Source: an uncultured Clostridia bacterium (GTDB lineage Bacteria; Bacillota; Clostridia; Christensenellales; CAG-314). From it: a stretch of DNA of 64,000 nt. The translations under genes and the position numbers were made by a program. The notes under the pieces are model-generated. The model was not told the origin of the DNA and did no database searches. It saw only the letters and a list, made by a program, of their open reading frames with translations. The stretch lies in contig CAMRUG010000002.1 of NCBI GenBank assembly GCA_947053925.1, forward strand, positions 34,461 through 98,460. The letters are read 5' to 3'. Numbering within the stretch: the stretch's first letter is position 1; each line of letters starts with the position of its first letter. Shown here piece after piece: positions 16,871-27,455 of the stretch.

Positions 16871-18600
16871 AGATAGAAATCGGCGGCGATGCTTTAATGC
16901 TTGCCGCAATACAAAAAGTTGACGACGGCGATATTATTCAGGCTTTAAAACTGTTTAATAAGGTCGACTCTTACGAAAGTATGCTTAATCAGGTTGCCTG
17001 CCTATCGGAACTCAAAGATTATCAGTACGCGCTTACGGCTTACGCGCGCCTTTTAAGCAGGTATTTTACCGAGTACGACTGTATGAACGACCTTTATGCA
17101 ACGGGAGATGCGGCAGAACCGGTGCGCACTTTTTTCCGCAACGAACCGACATACTCTTTGCCCGTTCACAACCGAAACAAAAAATCCGCCGATGACGGTT
17201 TGATTTGTAATATCGGCGAAATAGATTTGGACGCGCTTGACGGCATTCTTGCAGACGACATTGACGCATACTTCGACCGTTTGAACCGGTGTATACAGGA
17301 AGAGCCCGTCTATGCGTTTTACGACGTTAAGAGCAAGAAATTTTTTAACGAACAGTACAACCGTCTGCGCAAGTCGTTCATACGCGGAGATATGGCGGAA
17401 TACAACAGACGCAAGCAAAATATTCTCGACTATTCTCAGGAAGACAGTTATGTTCTGCAAATAAAAATTATAACGTGTTTTGTGGACGGCAGTTACCAAC
17501 TCGGTTTGGAATTTGTCCGTAAACTGCTCGTCTTGGCAGAACCGACTGCGGAAGCGTTGGACGCCGCAGTTCGCTTTTTGACGCATAGCGACGAAGATGA
17601 CAGCAAAGAATTGCTGTATACCGCGCTTTCTAAACTGCTTGCTTTTGCCGACGTTTCGGATATAGGTAAACTTTTGGATTATTTAAAAATTGCAATGATA
17701 GAACTGCGCGATAAGGATTTGTCTTTGCGTTACGCGCAGGAAATTTTCTCTGTCGAAACGTTATCGTTGCAGGCGCTTAAACTTTGTATAATCGCCTTTT
17801 ATAACAGCGGCGAAAAGGAACTTGCAAAGCAGGCTTTAAGAGCGTTTGCAAGTTGTATGCCGCACAATGCTTTCGGGTATTTAATGTCCGAGTTGCTGTA
17901 TTCCGACTCTGTTTCTTACGGCAGTTTGAGGCTGGTAAATTACGACGGTACGGAGTACGACGCTCCTTTGGAAATGATTATCCGCGCGCAGACAGAACTG
18001 CTTGCTAAAGCGACGGAACCAAATCCCGTTTTTACGGACAGAGATTTGATGCTTTTGGATTTGCTTAACGACGCACGCCGCGCGGCGGTAATTTCTTCTG
18101 ACCGTAAAAGGAATAACGAGATTGCCGACACGTTAGTAAAAGTTCTGCATACATTCGATGTCGAATATAAGGAGGGTTTCGAGGCTTTTGCCAAAGTAAT
18201 TTTGGCGGACGTTTTGCCTGACCCGACAATAAACGCCCTTTTGCTCTGCAGACTTATAAAAGCAGGGTACAAAAAGCAGATTGTTATCACGATTGCCGAC
18301 GATACTTATATTCTGGATTTATCCAAGGTAAAAACCGATGACGAACTGTTTGTAAACGCGTTATCGGTATGCGCCGCGCTCCGCAAGGTAAACGTTCGCA
18401 AAATGGCTGACGTTTACGGCAATTTACGCAAGGTTTGGTATCCGTCAGACGGCATTACTACGCTTGATACGATGCAAACGGCGTATTATATGATGGCTGC
18501 GGCGTACAAAGGTTTTTCTCAAAGTAAAATTGCAGACTTTTTCTCCGAAGAAGAACGCGCGCTTTACAAGGCTTTTTTCGGTGTTTTCAACGCCAACTGA
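16867..18600 (+). CDS. Hypothetical helical-repeat (TPR-like) protein
   Basis: 577 aa, with an ATGA overlap onto the hslO stop. Predicted alpha-helical repeat character with no recognisable catalytic motif. Confidence 0.65.
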   Translation: MKIEIGGDALMLAAIQKVDDGDIIQALKLFNKVDSYESMLNQVACLSELKDYQYALTAYARLLSRYFTEYDCMNDLYATGDAAEPVRTFFRNEPTYSLPVHNRNKKSADDGLICNIGEIDLDALDGILADDIDAYFDRLNRCIQEEPVYAFYDVKSKKFFNEQYNRLRKSFIRGDMAEYNRRKQNILDYSQEDSYVLQIKIITCFVDGSYQLGLEFVRKLLVLAEPTAEALDAAVRFLTHSDEDDSKELLYTALSKLLAFADVSDIGKLLDYLKIAMIELRDKDLSLRYAQEIFSVETLSLQALKLCIIAFYNSGEKELAKQALRAFASCMPHNAFGYLMSELLYSDSVSYGSLRLVNYDGTEYDAPLEMIIRAQTELLAKATEPNPVFTDRDLMLLDLLNDARRAAVISSDRKRNNEIADTLVKVLHTFDVEYKEGFEAFAKVILADVLPDPTINALLLCRLIKAGYKKQIVITIADDTYILDLSKVKTDDELFVNALSVCAALRKVNVRKMADVYGNLRKVWYPSDGITTLDTMQTAYYMMAAAYKGFSQSKIADFFSEEERALYKAFFGVFNAN

Positions 18601-19541
18601 ACGGCTGAAGATACAACGGTAACCAATCCGATAACTCCTACTAAAACGTAACCGGCTTTAACTGCGAAATCGAAGCCGAACATAGAAAACGCAAGTGCCA
18701 ACCCGAATATCGAAACGCAGCACAAGTCGCTGTCGGGCATTACGGGATAAATTTGCTCGACAATAGGGTAAGCGCAGGCGACAATGCCTGTAACTGCGGC
18801 AAACGCGAGAGTTACAAGGGCAAAAACTTTTGTCGGAGTATCCTGTATATTGTCAATTGCGGGAAGATTCAAACTGAAATCGCTGACGTTAATTATTGCC
18901 GTCATAAACAGTGCAAGGATAACCGCGGCGGCGGCAGGACATATCAGGTTGCGCTTAAAGTCGCTTTCGTATCCCAATTTTACCGTTACGCCGAAAGACA
19001 TCGTTGCGGAGAACAGCGCATATACAACGGGTTTTAGCGGAGATATTTTCGTGGATATTACGGTATCGAAGTTTTTACGGCACAGCAAAATAACTACAAG
19101 TATTATTGCCAACGCAATCGAAACGGCGTTGGCAATTTTTAATGCCTTATCTCCGTTTTTAAGGGTAATGCCCGCTATAACGGCGCAGGCAAGTCCGTAA
19201 AGCGGTATCGGGGCTATATGAAGCGTTTGGTCGAAACACTGTTCCGCTCCTGCAAGCGCGGTTACAATGCACACAAAACAGCAAAGGGAAATCAATGTGT
19301 CGAAAACGGTTCCGCCTTTTTTAAACAGACTGTGCGACAGCTTTTCCATTGTATTGCATTGCTTTCTTCGGCAATACTCACGGAATACGGTTGTAATCAG
19401 CGTAAAAATAACTGCAAATACAATAACGTTTAAAGCATTGCCGAAGTAAACTTGCGCTTCCTTTCCGCTTACAAATCCCACTCCTAAGCAACAGCCCGTC
19501 ATTACGGCAATATCGGATAAATAATTTATTACTTTTTTCAT
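18564..19541 (-). CDS. YkvI-family membrane protein
   Basis: Track ORF 18564..19712. The internal start MKKVINYL at 19541 avoids overlapping the divergent aspartate kinase gene. GVGFVSGKEAQVYF matches the YkvI G-x-GF-x-SG-x-E motif. Confidence 0.7.
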   Translation of the reverse strand: MKKVINYLSDIAVMTGCCLGVGFVSGKEAQVYFGNALNVIVFAVIFTLITTVFREYCRRKQCNTMEKLSHSLFKKGGTVFDTLISLCCFVCIVTALAGAEQCFDQTLHIAPIPLYGLACAVIAGITLKNGDKALKIANAVSIALAIILVVILLCRKNFDTVISTKISPLKPVVYALFSATMSFGVTVKLGYESDFKRNLICPAAAAVILALFMTAIINVSDFSLNLPAIDNIQDTPTKVFALVTLAFAAVTGIVACAYPIVEQIYPVMPDSDLCCVSIFGLALAFSMFGFDFAVKAGYVLVGVIGLVTVVSSAVQLALKTPKKAL

Positions 19542-19631
19542 ACTAAGTTTTATTGCGAAAAAACAATTATTATGACGGTTTTTAAAGGCATTATTGCGCA
19601 TTAAAACCGAAGTATTGTCGTAAATTACATT

Positions 19632-20708
19632 ATGATAACTGCTAAGTTCGGCGGTACGGCAATAACTCCGCGCAACCTTATCTATGTAAAAAGGATTATT
19701 ACCCCAGCACACAAAAGAATTGTAGTCAGCGCAGTCGGAAAGGAAAGTCCCAACGACGTCAAGACGACCGATTTGCTCGAACGCTACTACATTGACGGCG
19801 ACGAAAAATACTGGGATAAGATAGCCGACAAGTACCGTAGGCTTGTTTCGGTCAACGCAATCGATGCCGACGCGGACGAAATTTTATACGATGCCAAGAG
19901 CCGCGCGCGCAAGTTCAGCCGCGCCTACTGTATGTCGCTGGGCGAAGAAATATCGGCAAAACTCGTTGCCGCTTTTCTCGGTTTTACTTATGTCGAAGCC
20001 GACAGCATAGTGCGGTTTAATTCGCGCGGTTTGGCTTATAAAAAAACAATAGCGCAAATGAGTAAAGCGTTTGAGGGCGTAGACAGCATTGTAACGGGCG
20101 GTTACTACGGTATGGGTAAATACGGACGTCAAACATTTTCGCGCGGCGGAAGCGATGTTACGGGCGCATTGTGCGCAGTTGCTTCCGATAGTACGCTGTA
20201 CGAAAACTGGACGGACGTAAACGGCGTATGCGCGGCAAATCCTGCGCTTGTATCAAACGTTTACACGTTACCTGCTTTAAGTTACGCGCAAATGCGGCAA
20301 CTGTCGTATGCGGGCGCGGAGGTGCTTCATCCCGATGCGGTATTGCCTGTCGAGCGCGCGGGTATACCTGTAAAAATCGGCAATTTTTTCAACCCCGACG
20401 GCAGTGCGACTTTGGTCGGTTACTGCCGTGCCGACGACGCCGTTTTGTCCGTTGCAGAGAAGAGACGGAACGGGTACTTTGTAACGACTGTTCTTCACAG
20501 TATGCCGCTTGCCCTAATTTTGAAAGTGCTTGCGGAATATCTGGAAAGCAATCTCTGCACTGTCAATATTGCCGGTTGCAATTTATGCCGAGACAAGGTC
20601 TCTTTGTCCGAAATAAAGTTGAACGAAAATACGGTAATTATCGCAACCAAAGTCAGCGTAATAAAGGGACTTTGCAAATATTTTCAAAGCGCAAATTGTT
20701 TAGGTTGA
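19632..20708 (+). CDS. Aspartate kinase (amino-acid kinase family, short form)
   Basis: KFGGT N-terminal motif, VVSAVG and GGSDVTGA motifs. Confidence 0.8.
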   Translation: MITAKFGGTAITPRNLIYVKRIITPAHKRIVVSAVGKESPNDVKTTDLLERYYIDGDEKYWDKIADKYRRLVSVNAIDADADEILYDAKSRARKFSRAYCMSLGEEISAKLVAAFLGFTYVEADSIVRFNSRGLAYKKTIAQMSKAFEGVDSIVTGGYYGMGKYGRQTFSRGGSDVTGALCAVASDSTLYENWTDVNGVCAANPALVSNVYTLPALSYAQMRQLSYAGAEVLHPDAVLPVERAGIPVKIGNFFNPDGSATLVGYCRADDAVLSVAEKRRNGYFVTTVLHSMPLALILKVLAEYLESNLCTVNIAGCNLCRDKVSLSEIKLNENTVIIATKVSVIKGLCKYFQSANCLG

Positions 20709-20777
20709 CTAATTACTTTAAGTAAGTTAAAATTAAATTATCAGTATTATTCTTTTACATTACCGGGTGGTATACAA

Positions 20778-21959
20778 ATGAAAATTTTGGTAATCGGCGG
20801 CGGTATGGCAGGTCTCACTTATGCCATAGTAGCGGCAAAAAACGGATACGACGTAACTGTTGCGGAACGCAACCCGCGCTTGGGCAAAAAAATTTCTATG
20901 ACGGGCAACGGCAAATGTAATATAGGCAATGCCAACGTCAATGCAAGTTGTTATAATAAAAGCGCGATAGTATCTAACGTTTTAAACAAAATATCTGTGG
21001 ACGAATACGTCAAATTTCTATATTCCTGCGGTATCGTTATCTATGCCGATAACGAAGGGCGTATGTATCCTTTGTCCGATTCGGCAAACGGCGTGGTGGA
21101 CTGTTTACGGGAACAGTTGGAAAAGTACGGCGGCAAGACCGTTTGCGGAGTGGAAGCGTCAAACTGCCGCAAAGTGGGCGACCGTTACGAAGTGCGTATA
21201 GGTGGCGGCAAGTATATTTTTGATAAAGTCGTGCTTGCTTGCGGAAGCCGCAGCCAGTCGTTGGACGTCAATCCTTATACCGTTGTTTCGCAAAATATGT
21301 TTACTCCCCTTGTGCCGAGTCTTACTCCCGTCAAAGTGTTTAATATGGACGGCGTTTTAAACGGCATACGCGTAAAGGCAGACGTAACGCTTCTTGACGG
21401 CGCTTTAACTCTAGGTAAGCAAAGCGGCGAAGTTTTGTTTAAAGATTACGGACTTTCGGGCATTTGCATTTTCAATTTATCGTCGATTATAGCGCGTAAA
21501 CAGGTACAGCGCAAAAACGGCAATTATATTTTCAGCGTCGACTTAGTTCCGAGTATGTCTCAGTGGGATTTGGGCGAGTTGTTGTATACGCGCATTAAAG
21601 CAGGATATGAGCGCAGTAAACTCTTTTACGGTATACTTCACAACAAGGTTGCCGAAATCGTTTTAAAGCGCGCGGGCGGCGACGTCAGCGACGTTTCAAA
21701 ACTTTCGGAAACGGCAAAAAATCTGCAGTTTGAATTTTATAAACTGTTAGATTATTCTATGAGTCAGGTAACTTCGGGCGGCATAGACGACAGGTATATC
21801 GATACCGATACGCTCTCCCTTCCCGACGGTATTGTTGCGCTTGGGGAAGTGCTTAACGTAGACGGTATTTGCGGCGGTAATAACCTTTATTTTGCGGCGG
21901 CTTCCGCATTGTATACTTTCAGCGAGACCGAACGCGCCACGGCATATAAGAAACTTTGA
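20778..21959 (+). CDS. HI0933/BaiN-family NAD(P)/FAD-dependent oxidoreductase
   Basis: VIGGGMAG dinucleotide-binding motif and the TGNGKCN motif typical of the HI0933-like family. Confidence 0.85.
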   Translation: MKILVIGGGMAGLTYAIVAAKNGYDVTVAERNPRLGKKISMTGNGKCNIGNANVNASCYNKSAIVSNVLNKISVDEYVKFLYSCGIVIYADNEGRMYPLSDSANGVVDCLREQLEKYGGKTVCGVEASNCRKVGDRYEVRIGGGKYIFDKVVLACGSRSQSLDVNPYTVVSQNMFTPLVPSLTPVKVFNMDGVLNGIRVKADVTLLDGALTLGKQSGEVLFKDYGLSGICIFNLSSIIARKQVQRKNGNYIFSVDLVPSMSQWDLGELLYTRIKAGYERSKLFYGILHNKVAEIVLKRAGGDVSDVSKLSETAKNLQFEFYKLLDYSMSQVTSGGIDDRYIDTDTLSLPDGIVALGEVLNVDGICGGNNLYFAAASALYTFSETERATAYKKL

Positions 21960-22370
21960 CAGAGTAGAAAGAACGCTTGGAAAATATGTCCGTTTTACCG
22001 TTTCGGCAACAGAGCGGATAGGATTTCAGTATTCTTTTCCTAATGTCGGTTTACTGTAAAAATTTTGTCAAAAGCGGCACTGCAGTGATAAATTTTTATA
22101 CCGTAAATTTTCGGCAGTGTAATAAATGCAGAATTTTCTGTCGGCGAACCGACTCTTTGTCGGCATATTCAATACTATGTAAACACGGTAAAAAAACGGT
22201 TTTCCGTTTGAGCGAACTGTCCGTTTTATTAACGTCTAAAAAACAAAAAATTTTCTAAATATCAAGTGCGCAGTATTGTCCTGAGCATTGTAATAAACGA
22301 CAACCAAAGTCAGGTAAACCGATACCGTAAAACTTTGTTTTATTATCTATTAAGGCTTAAATTACAAATT

Positions 22371-23963
22371 ATGTCATTGTATCTAACAAAATCGCTAAAT
22401 ATCCCGCTCGGTAGTTCCAAGCAAGCGGTACAAAAAAAGTTGTGCAAATTGATGGGTATAAAACCCGACAGTTTGCTTTCTTTCCGTTTGCATAAGCAAA
22501 GCGTAGATGCCCGTAACAAAGCCGACGTACATTTCGTCTGTTCGTATGTTGCGGACGTCGATACAGTACCGCGTAATGCAACGCCGTACTCTCAGCCCGT
22601 AAACGTAACGGAAACCGCCCCGAGCGTTTCTAATAAGACAAGTTGTGTAATTGTAGGAAGCGGACCGTCGGGACTGTTTGCCGCGCTGTATTTAACCAGA
22701 TGCGGAGTAGACGTTACCGTTATCGAGCGCGGCGCGGATATAGACGAACGCGCTCAAAAAGTACAAGCCTTTTTTGACGGCGGCGATTTGGACGAGCATA
22801 CCAATGTGCAGTTCGGTTTGGGCGGCGCAGGTACTTTTTCCGACGGCAAATTGACCACGGGTATTTCTTCTCCTTTAACCTTTACCGTATTTGACGAATT
22901 TGTAAAACACGGCGCGCCTCAAAGTATTTTGACCGACGCGTTGCCCCATATAGGCACGGATAAACTCAAAACGGTCGTCGCAAGTATGCGCGACAGTATA
23001 ATGTCTAACGGCGGGCGTTTTATGTTTAAAACGGACGTTACGGGCATAATTGCAGAAAACGGCGTTTGCAAAGGCGTAGAAATTTCAACAAACGGCAAAA
23101 ACGAAAAGCTGCTTGCAGACAAAGTAATACTTGCCTGCGGACACAGCGCGCGCGAACTCTTTTTTGCGTTGCACGGTAGCGGCGTACAAATGCAGTTCAA
23201 GCCCTTTGCCGTAGGATTGCGTATAGAACACAAGCGCGAATTTATAAATACGGCGCAGTACGGCAAACTGTTCGCCGCTCATCGCGATTTGGGTTCGGCG
23301 TCTTATAAGTTGGTAAATAAATGCGCAAGCGGCCGCGGCTGTTACAGTTTTTGTATGTGTCCGGGAGGAGTGGTAGTTGCGGCGACAAGTAAGACGGGTG
23401 CGGTCGTCGTCAACGGAATGAGCGACTATGCCCGTATGGCGGACAACTCCAACAGCGCAATAGTAGTAACCGTCTCTGCGCAGGATATTGCAAAAGCAGG
23501 GTTTGGACAGGACGCCTTTTCAGGAGTGCGCTTCCAGCAGCATCTCGAACAACTCGCTTTTAAACTCGGCGGCGGCAATTTTATTGCGCCGTGTCAAAAC
23601 GCTTCCGATTTTGTTCAAAACAGGCTGTCAAGCAGTTTTGTCATTGCTCCCAGTTATCCGCGCGGAGTCTTATCCGCCGATTTGCGCCGACTTTTTCCCG
23701 AGTCCTTTGCCGACGATATAGCGGAATCGCTTGTAAGTTTTGACCGCAAAATAAAGGGATTCGTAAACGGCGGAGTACTTTGCGGAGTCGAGTCGCGTAC
23801 TTCATCGCCGGTAAAAATAGTGCGTAACGCTTCTTTTCAGTCCAATATCGCCAATTTGTACCCCGTCGGAGAAGGCGCAGGATATGCAGGCGGTATTGTA
23901 TCCGCCGCCGTTGACGGACTTAAAACTGCAATGGCAATTATTGAAACGCTTACAGACGTTTAA
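22371..23963 (+). CDS. FAD-dependent protein (COG2509-like)
   Basis: Track ORF 22266..23963, first ATG at 22371 (MSLYLTKSL...). Contains the IVGSGPSGLFAA FAD-binding motif. Confidence 0.8.
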   Translation: MSLYLTKSLNIPLGSSKQAVQKKLCKLMGIKPDSLLSFRLHKQSVDARNKADVHFVCSYVADVDTVPRNATPYSQPVNVTETAPSVSNKTSCVIVGSGPSGLFAALYLTRCGVDVTVIERGADIDERAQKVQAFFDGGDLDEHTNVQFGLGGAGTFSDGKLTTGISSPLTFTVFDEFVKHGAPQSILTDALPHIGTDKLKTVVASMRDSIMSNGGRFMFKTDVTGIIAENGVCKGVEISTNGKNEKLLADKVILACGHSARELFFALHGSGVQMQFKPFAVGLRIEHKREFINTAQYGKLFAAHRDLGSASYKLVNKCASGRGCYSFCMCPGGVVVAATSKTGAVVVNGMSDYARMADNSNSAIVVTVSAQDIAKAGFGQDAFSGVRFQQHLEQLAFKLGGGNFIAPCQNASDFVQNRLSSSFVIAPSYPRGVLSADLRRLFPESFADDIAESLVSFDRKIKGFVNGGVLCGVESRTSSPVKIVRNASFQSNIANLYPVGEGAGYAGGIVSAAVDGLKTAMAIIETLTDV

Positions 23964-24242
23964 TTGCTTTGGTCGTATGAGTAAATAAATTTGTTGTAAA
24001 AATCAAAGTTATCTCAAACGGCGTTTTACATTCCGTTTGATTTTCTAAATTAACTCTGTAGAATATCGATATAGATTTTTAACAAAACGGCAGTTTGTAT
24101 TTTCAAAAAAACTCAAATATTATTATGTGTATCATACAAATTGCATTTTTTTACAGCGGTTAGGCAGTTTCGCTGCTGTCGACAATAAAAATTGTTTTCG
24201 CTTGAAAAGGGCTCAACAATTTTTGTTGCAAAAGACGGCAAT

Positions 24243-24275
24243 AAAAGCACGAACTTACAATTTGTTCGTGCTTTT
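24243..24275 (-). terminator. Rho-independent terminator of the 1030-aa gene (perfect 12-bp stem)
   Basis: AAAAGCACGAAC (24243-24254) pairs with GTTCGTGCTTTT (24264-24275). On the minus strand the stem ends in TTTTATT. Confidence 0.7.
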
Positions 24276-24317
24276 GCGTTTGCTCGGCAAAATACCTATT
24301 ATTTACTGCTTAGCGGT

Positions 24318-27300
24318 TTAAATAGCGTCAAGTAACGTTTGGATAAAACTCGACAGTTGCTGATTTTGCCAGTAGTCGCGGTGCGCGGTTTGTTCTTCCG
24401 TAAGTTCGTTTTCGCTTGTAACGCCGTGCGCTTTCAACCAGTAGTCTTTTGCGCTCTGATTTGTCATTTGGTTAGCAACAATGTATCCTTGCAAAGAGCA
24501 GTTGTGCGCGCTGTTTCCGCAGTAAATTATTGCAAATTTGTAAGAATTTTCCTCGGCTTTTTCTTCCGTATCTCCCAAACTCATCATTCCGCTGTCAATA
24601 AGGTCCTTTACGGTTAAAGTTGCAACTACATTCGTCAGCCCGTTTCCGCTGCTGAATCCTGCCATAGTCATATCGGACATTTTTGCGTTGAGTCCCGTTA
24701 CTTCCTGTTTAAAGCAACCGTCAATGTGCTCGTGGCTTTCGTCGGTATTTCCGCAGTTGTGCGTATACCATATTCCGCCAATTTTCTTGTATCCCATAAC
24801 CGTGCCTAGCGACATATCGCTTATCGCGTCGCCTATTTCGGTTATTTTGGTGTCCTGCAACTGGTCCAAAATGGTGTTACCGCGTATTCCCAATTTTCTC
24901 AAAGTCAGATTGTTCACCGTAAGCGAAATATCGTCGGATATCTTGTTGTTTACAAATACCTTAGTTACGCCTTCAACCGCCGTTTGCCCGTCATACCAAA
25001 CGTATCCGTAACAGTCAGTCGTATGAGTGTGTTCGACTGTGCAACTCAATTCCGCTTCGTACCAAACCGTACCGTCGATTTTGATAAAATTACCGTTATC
25101 ATCGCCTTTAACCGTATTGTCGACTATGTTAACATAACTTCCGTTGTCGGCAATTTCTTTGCGTGAATATCCCATTGCCGAACCGAGATATATGTCGTTT
25201 ATTCTGTTGCCCAGTTCGGATATTTTAACGTTGGAGAGTTCTTTTAAAATGCCGTTGTCCTGTTCGCCAAGTACTTCGCCGAGAGTCATACCGTTTATTG
25301 CGTCGGTAATAGTGTCGGAGTTAAGGTTGCCTACGGTTATTCCTACAATATGGCTCAATGCGCCCGTAACGGGATTTCCGCTCTCGTCCGTCCATACTCC
25401 GTCTGCTTTATTAAATTTCAAAAATTCGCCTAAATACATTCCGTCGATAGCCGTTCCCAATTCGCCGATAGGTGTGTCCGCAATGGAATTCAGTGCGGCA
25501 GGAATATCCGTCATAACTTCGCGCAAAGTTAAAGACTGTACGGTTTCGTTTAAGGAATTTAGTTCGTTCACTTTTTTATCTGCAATTTTGGCAATCGCTC
25601 CGGTAATCTCCTGTCCGTTTGTGTCAAGCCACTTGTCGCCGACTTTTTCGTATCCTAACAGTTCGCCTAAATACATATTGTCAATTGCGTTTTCGAGTTC
25701 GCCTATTTTTGTATCTTTTATGCCTTGCAATACGGCAGGGATATTATCTCCCAGCACTTCGTGCAAAGTCATTTCCATTATGTACCCGTTCAAATTGTTA
25801 AGATAACCTATTTTTTGATTAGCAAGCGCGGCTTGTACTCCCTTGTCGGGTTTTGTGCCTATTGTAACGTCTATGTACCAAACATAACCGTAGCAATCGG
25901 CGTAAGCGTGCGCGCAGCCGTCCTTTTTGCAGATAATTTCTCCTTCGTACCAGGTTTTGCCGTCGTCCGAAAGAATAATTCCGTTATCGCTAATTTTCGT
26001 TGTAATATATATCGTTAAAATTTCAGAATTGTTCTCATTTTTGGCAAGATGTCTTATATAGTTTTTATCGATGTCGGTTTCGTCAACGCCTTTTTGTCTG
26101 TATCCGAAAAACGAGCCCAAATATATTTCGTCAAGTTGACCGCCTATCAGTTCGCCTACCGTTAAATGCGATACGGCTTGCATCAAAGCGTTATCGTTGT
26201 TTTCGTCTATAAAGTCAGAAATAGGCACTTGATAAAGTTTTTGCATCAATGAGTCCTGATCTCCGCTTGTAAGTTCGGCAACCGTCAAATTTGCAATTAC
26301 CGAATATACTCCGTTTGCTTCGTTACCGTTTGCGTCGTACCAAACGGTTTTAAAGCACTCTTTGCCGTGTTGGTGAGAGGTTTCTTCGCTGTCGCAGTCC
26401 AATTCGGCGATAAAATACTTGTCGTCTTTAAGCATTATGTATTCTCTGCCGCCGTTCGACTCTTTGTATAACACAACGGATACTTCGCGCGCTTCTTCTC
26501 CTTCTCCTACCGTTTCGGATATAAGCGTAGTGTAACCGTCAATTTCGGCAACTTCTTTTCTTGTCAGTCCAAGCATTTCTCCGAGCGAAATTCCGTCCAT
26601 AATTTTGTCCAGATTGACATTGCCGTTTTCGTCTACAATATCGCAGATTTTTAAATCGCCCGCAATTGCCTGTATCATTTCGTTGCTGCCTGCAATTTCC
26701 GTTATTTGCAGTTGTCCCAACATTTCAAACGCTCCGCCTGCATTTAACTCGGACAGAATATTGTCCGCGCCCGATACTCCTTTTAATAACTTGCCTATAG
26801 AGGTTTGCCCGACGGCCCACATAAGTTTGTTGTCTGTGTCCTGCGAGGGAAATACGCCTAAAAGCATATCGGCAAATTTAATGTTTTCGAATACCCCCGC
26901 AATGCCGATATTTTCGTCTTGCAACAGGTCAAAAAGCGAATGTTTGGAAAATTCGGCAATTACTTCGTCCGAAAAGGCGGACCCATCTTCGGAAGAAGAA
27001 AACATATTCATCAAGGCGGGCAGAGAACTCACTTTAATTTGCTTCATAGCGTTTGTTACGCCGTTGTCGGAATTGAAAAATTCAAATGCAGGTACGTCTA
27101 ACACTTCCTGCGGCAGTTTTACTCCGAACGCCTTTTCGGAATCGATATGATACTGCTCCATAAACTCGCCTAAAGTGTAGTAGTGGTCGCCGTCGGCAAC
27201 TCCTATTTTGGACTTGTACAAATCGGAGATACTTTTTGCCATATCCATTATCGACATATTTGCAAAGTCGCCTATATAGTTTGGCGAATCGGGCAAAACG

Positions 27301-27410
27301 TCGCTGGGTCTTACGACTGTTAAGGCAATATAAATACCGCCTGCCAACGCCGCAAATACAAAAATTATTCCGAACAGCATTCCCAGCATAAAGATAAGAA
27401 ATTTTTTCAT
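24318..27410 (-). CDS. Large N-terminally membrane-anchored repeat protein with Cys/His knuckles, function unknown
   Basis: 1030 aa with an N-terminal hydrophobic helix (aa 4-32). Repeated modules of I-x-EL-x2-AI-x2-(M/I)YLG-x2-(L/M)GY and four C-x3-6-H-x-H-x3-C motifs. Confidence 0.85.
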   Translation of the reverse strand: MKKFLIFMLGMLFGIIFVFAALAGGIYIALTVVRPSDVLPDSPNYIGDFANMSIMDMAKSISDLYKSKIGVADGDHYYTLGEFMEQYHIDSEKAFGVKLPQEVLDVPAFEFFNSDNGVTNAMKQIKVSSLPALMNMFSSSEDGSAFSDEVIAEFSKHSLFDLLQDENIGIAGVFENIKFADMLLGVFPSQDTDNKLMWAVGQTSIGKLLKGVSGADNILSELNAGGAFEMLGQLQITEIAGSNEMIQAIAGDLKICDIVDENGNVNLDKIMDGISLGEMLGLTRKEVAEIDGYTTLISETVGEGEEAREVSVVLYKESNGGREYIMLKDDKYFIAELDCDSEETSHQHGKECFKTVWYDANGNEANGVYSVIANLTVAELTSGDQDSLMQKLYQVPISDFIDENNDNALMQAVSHLTVGELIGGQLDEIYLGSFFGYRQKGVDETDIDKNYIRHLAKNENNSEILTIYITTKISDNGIILSDDGKTWYEGEIICKKDGCAHAYADCYGYVWYIDVTIGTKPDKGVQAALANQKIGYLNNLNGYIMEMTLHEVLGDNIPAVLQGIKDTKIGELENAIDNMYLGELLGYEKVGDKWLDTNGQEITGAIAKIADKKVNELNSLNETVQSLTLREVMTDIPAALNSIADTPIGELGTAIDGMYLGEFLKFNKADGVWTDESGNPVTGALSHIVGITVGNLNSDTITDAINGMTLGEVLGEQDNGILKELSNVKISELGNRINDIYLGSAMGYSRKEIADNGSYVNIVDNTVKGDDNGNFIKIDGTVWYEAELSCTVEHTHTTDCYGYVWYDGQTAVEGVTKVFVNNKISDDISLTVNNLTLRKLGIRGNTILDQLQDTKITEIGDAISDMSLGTVMGYKKIGGIWYTHNCGNTDESHEHIDGCFKQEVTGLNAKMSDMTMAGFSSGNGLTNVVATLTVKDLIDSGMMSLGDTEEKAEENSYKFAIIYCGNSAHNCSLQGYIVANQMTNQSAKDYWLKAHGVTSENELTEEQTAHRDYWQNQQLSSFIQTLLDAI

Positions 27411-27455
27411 AATTCTCTGTTTCCTTGTAATGTCGTAACTTGTAAATATGATTAG

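Noticed and set aside
22043-22258. Small intergenic ORFs at 22043..22258 (+), 31078..31293 (-), 36820..37011 (+) and 24127..24321 (+)
   Set aside because: They have no Shine-Dalgarno sequence and atypical composition, and they sit in AT-rich spacers. They cannot be supported without conservation data.
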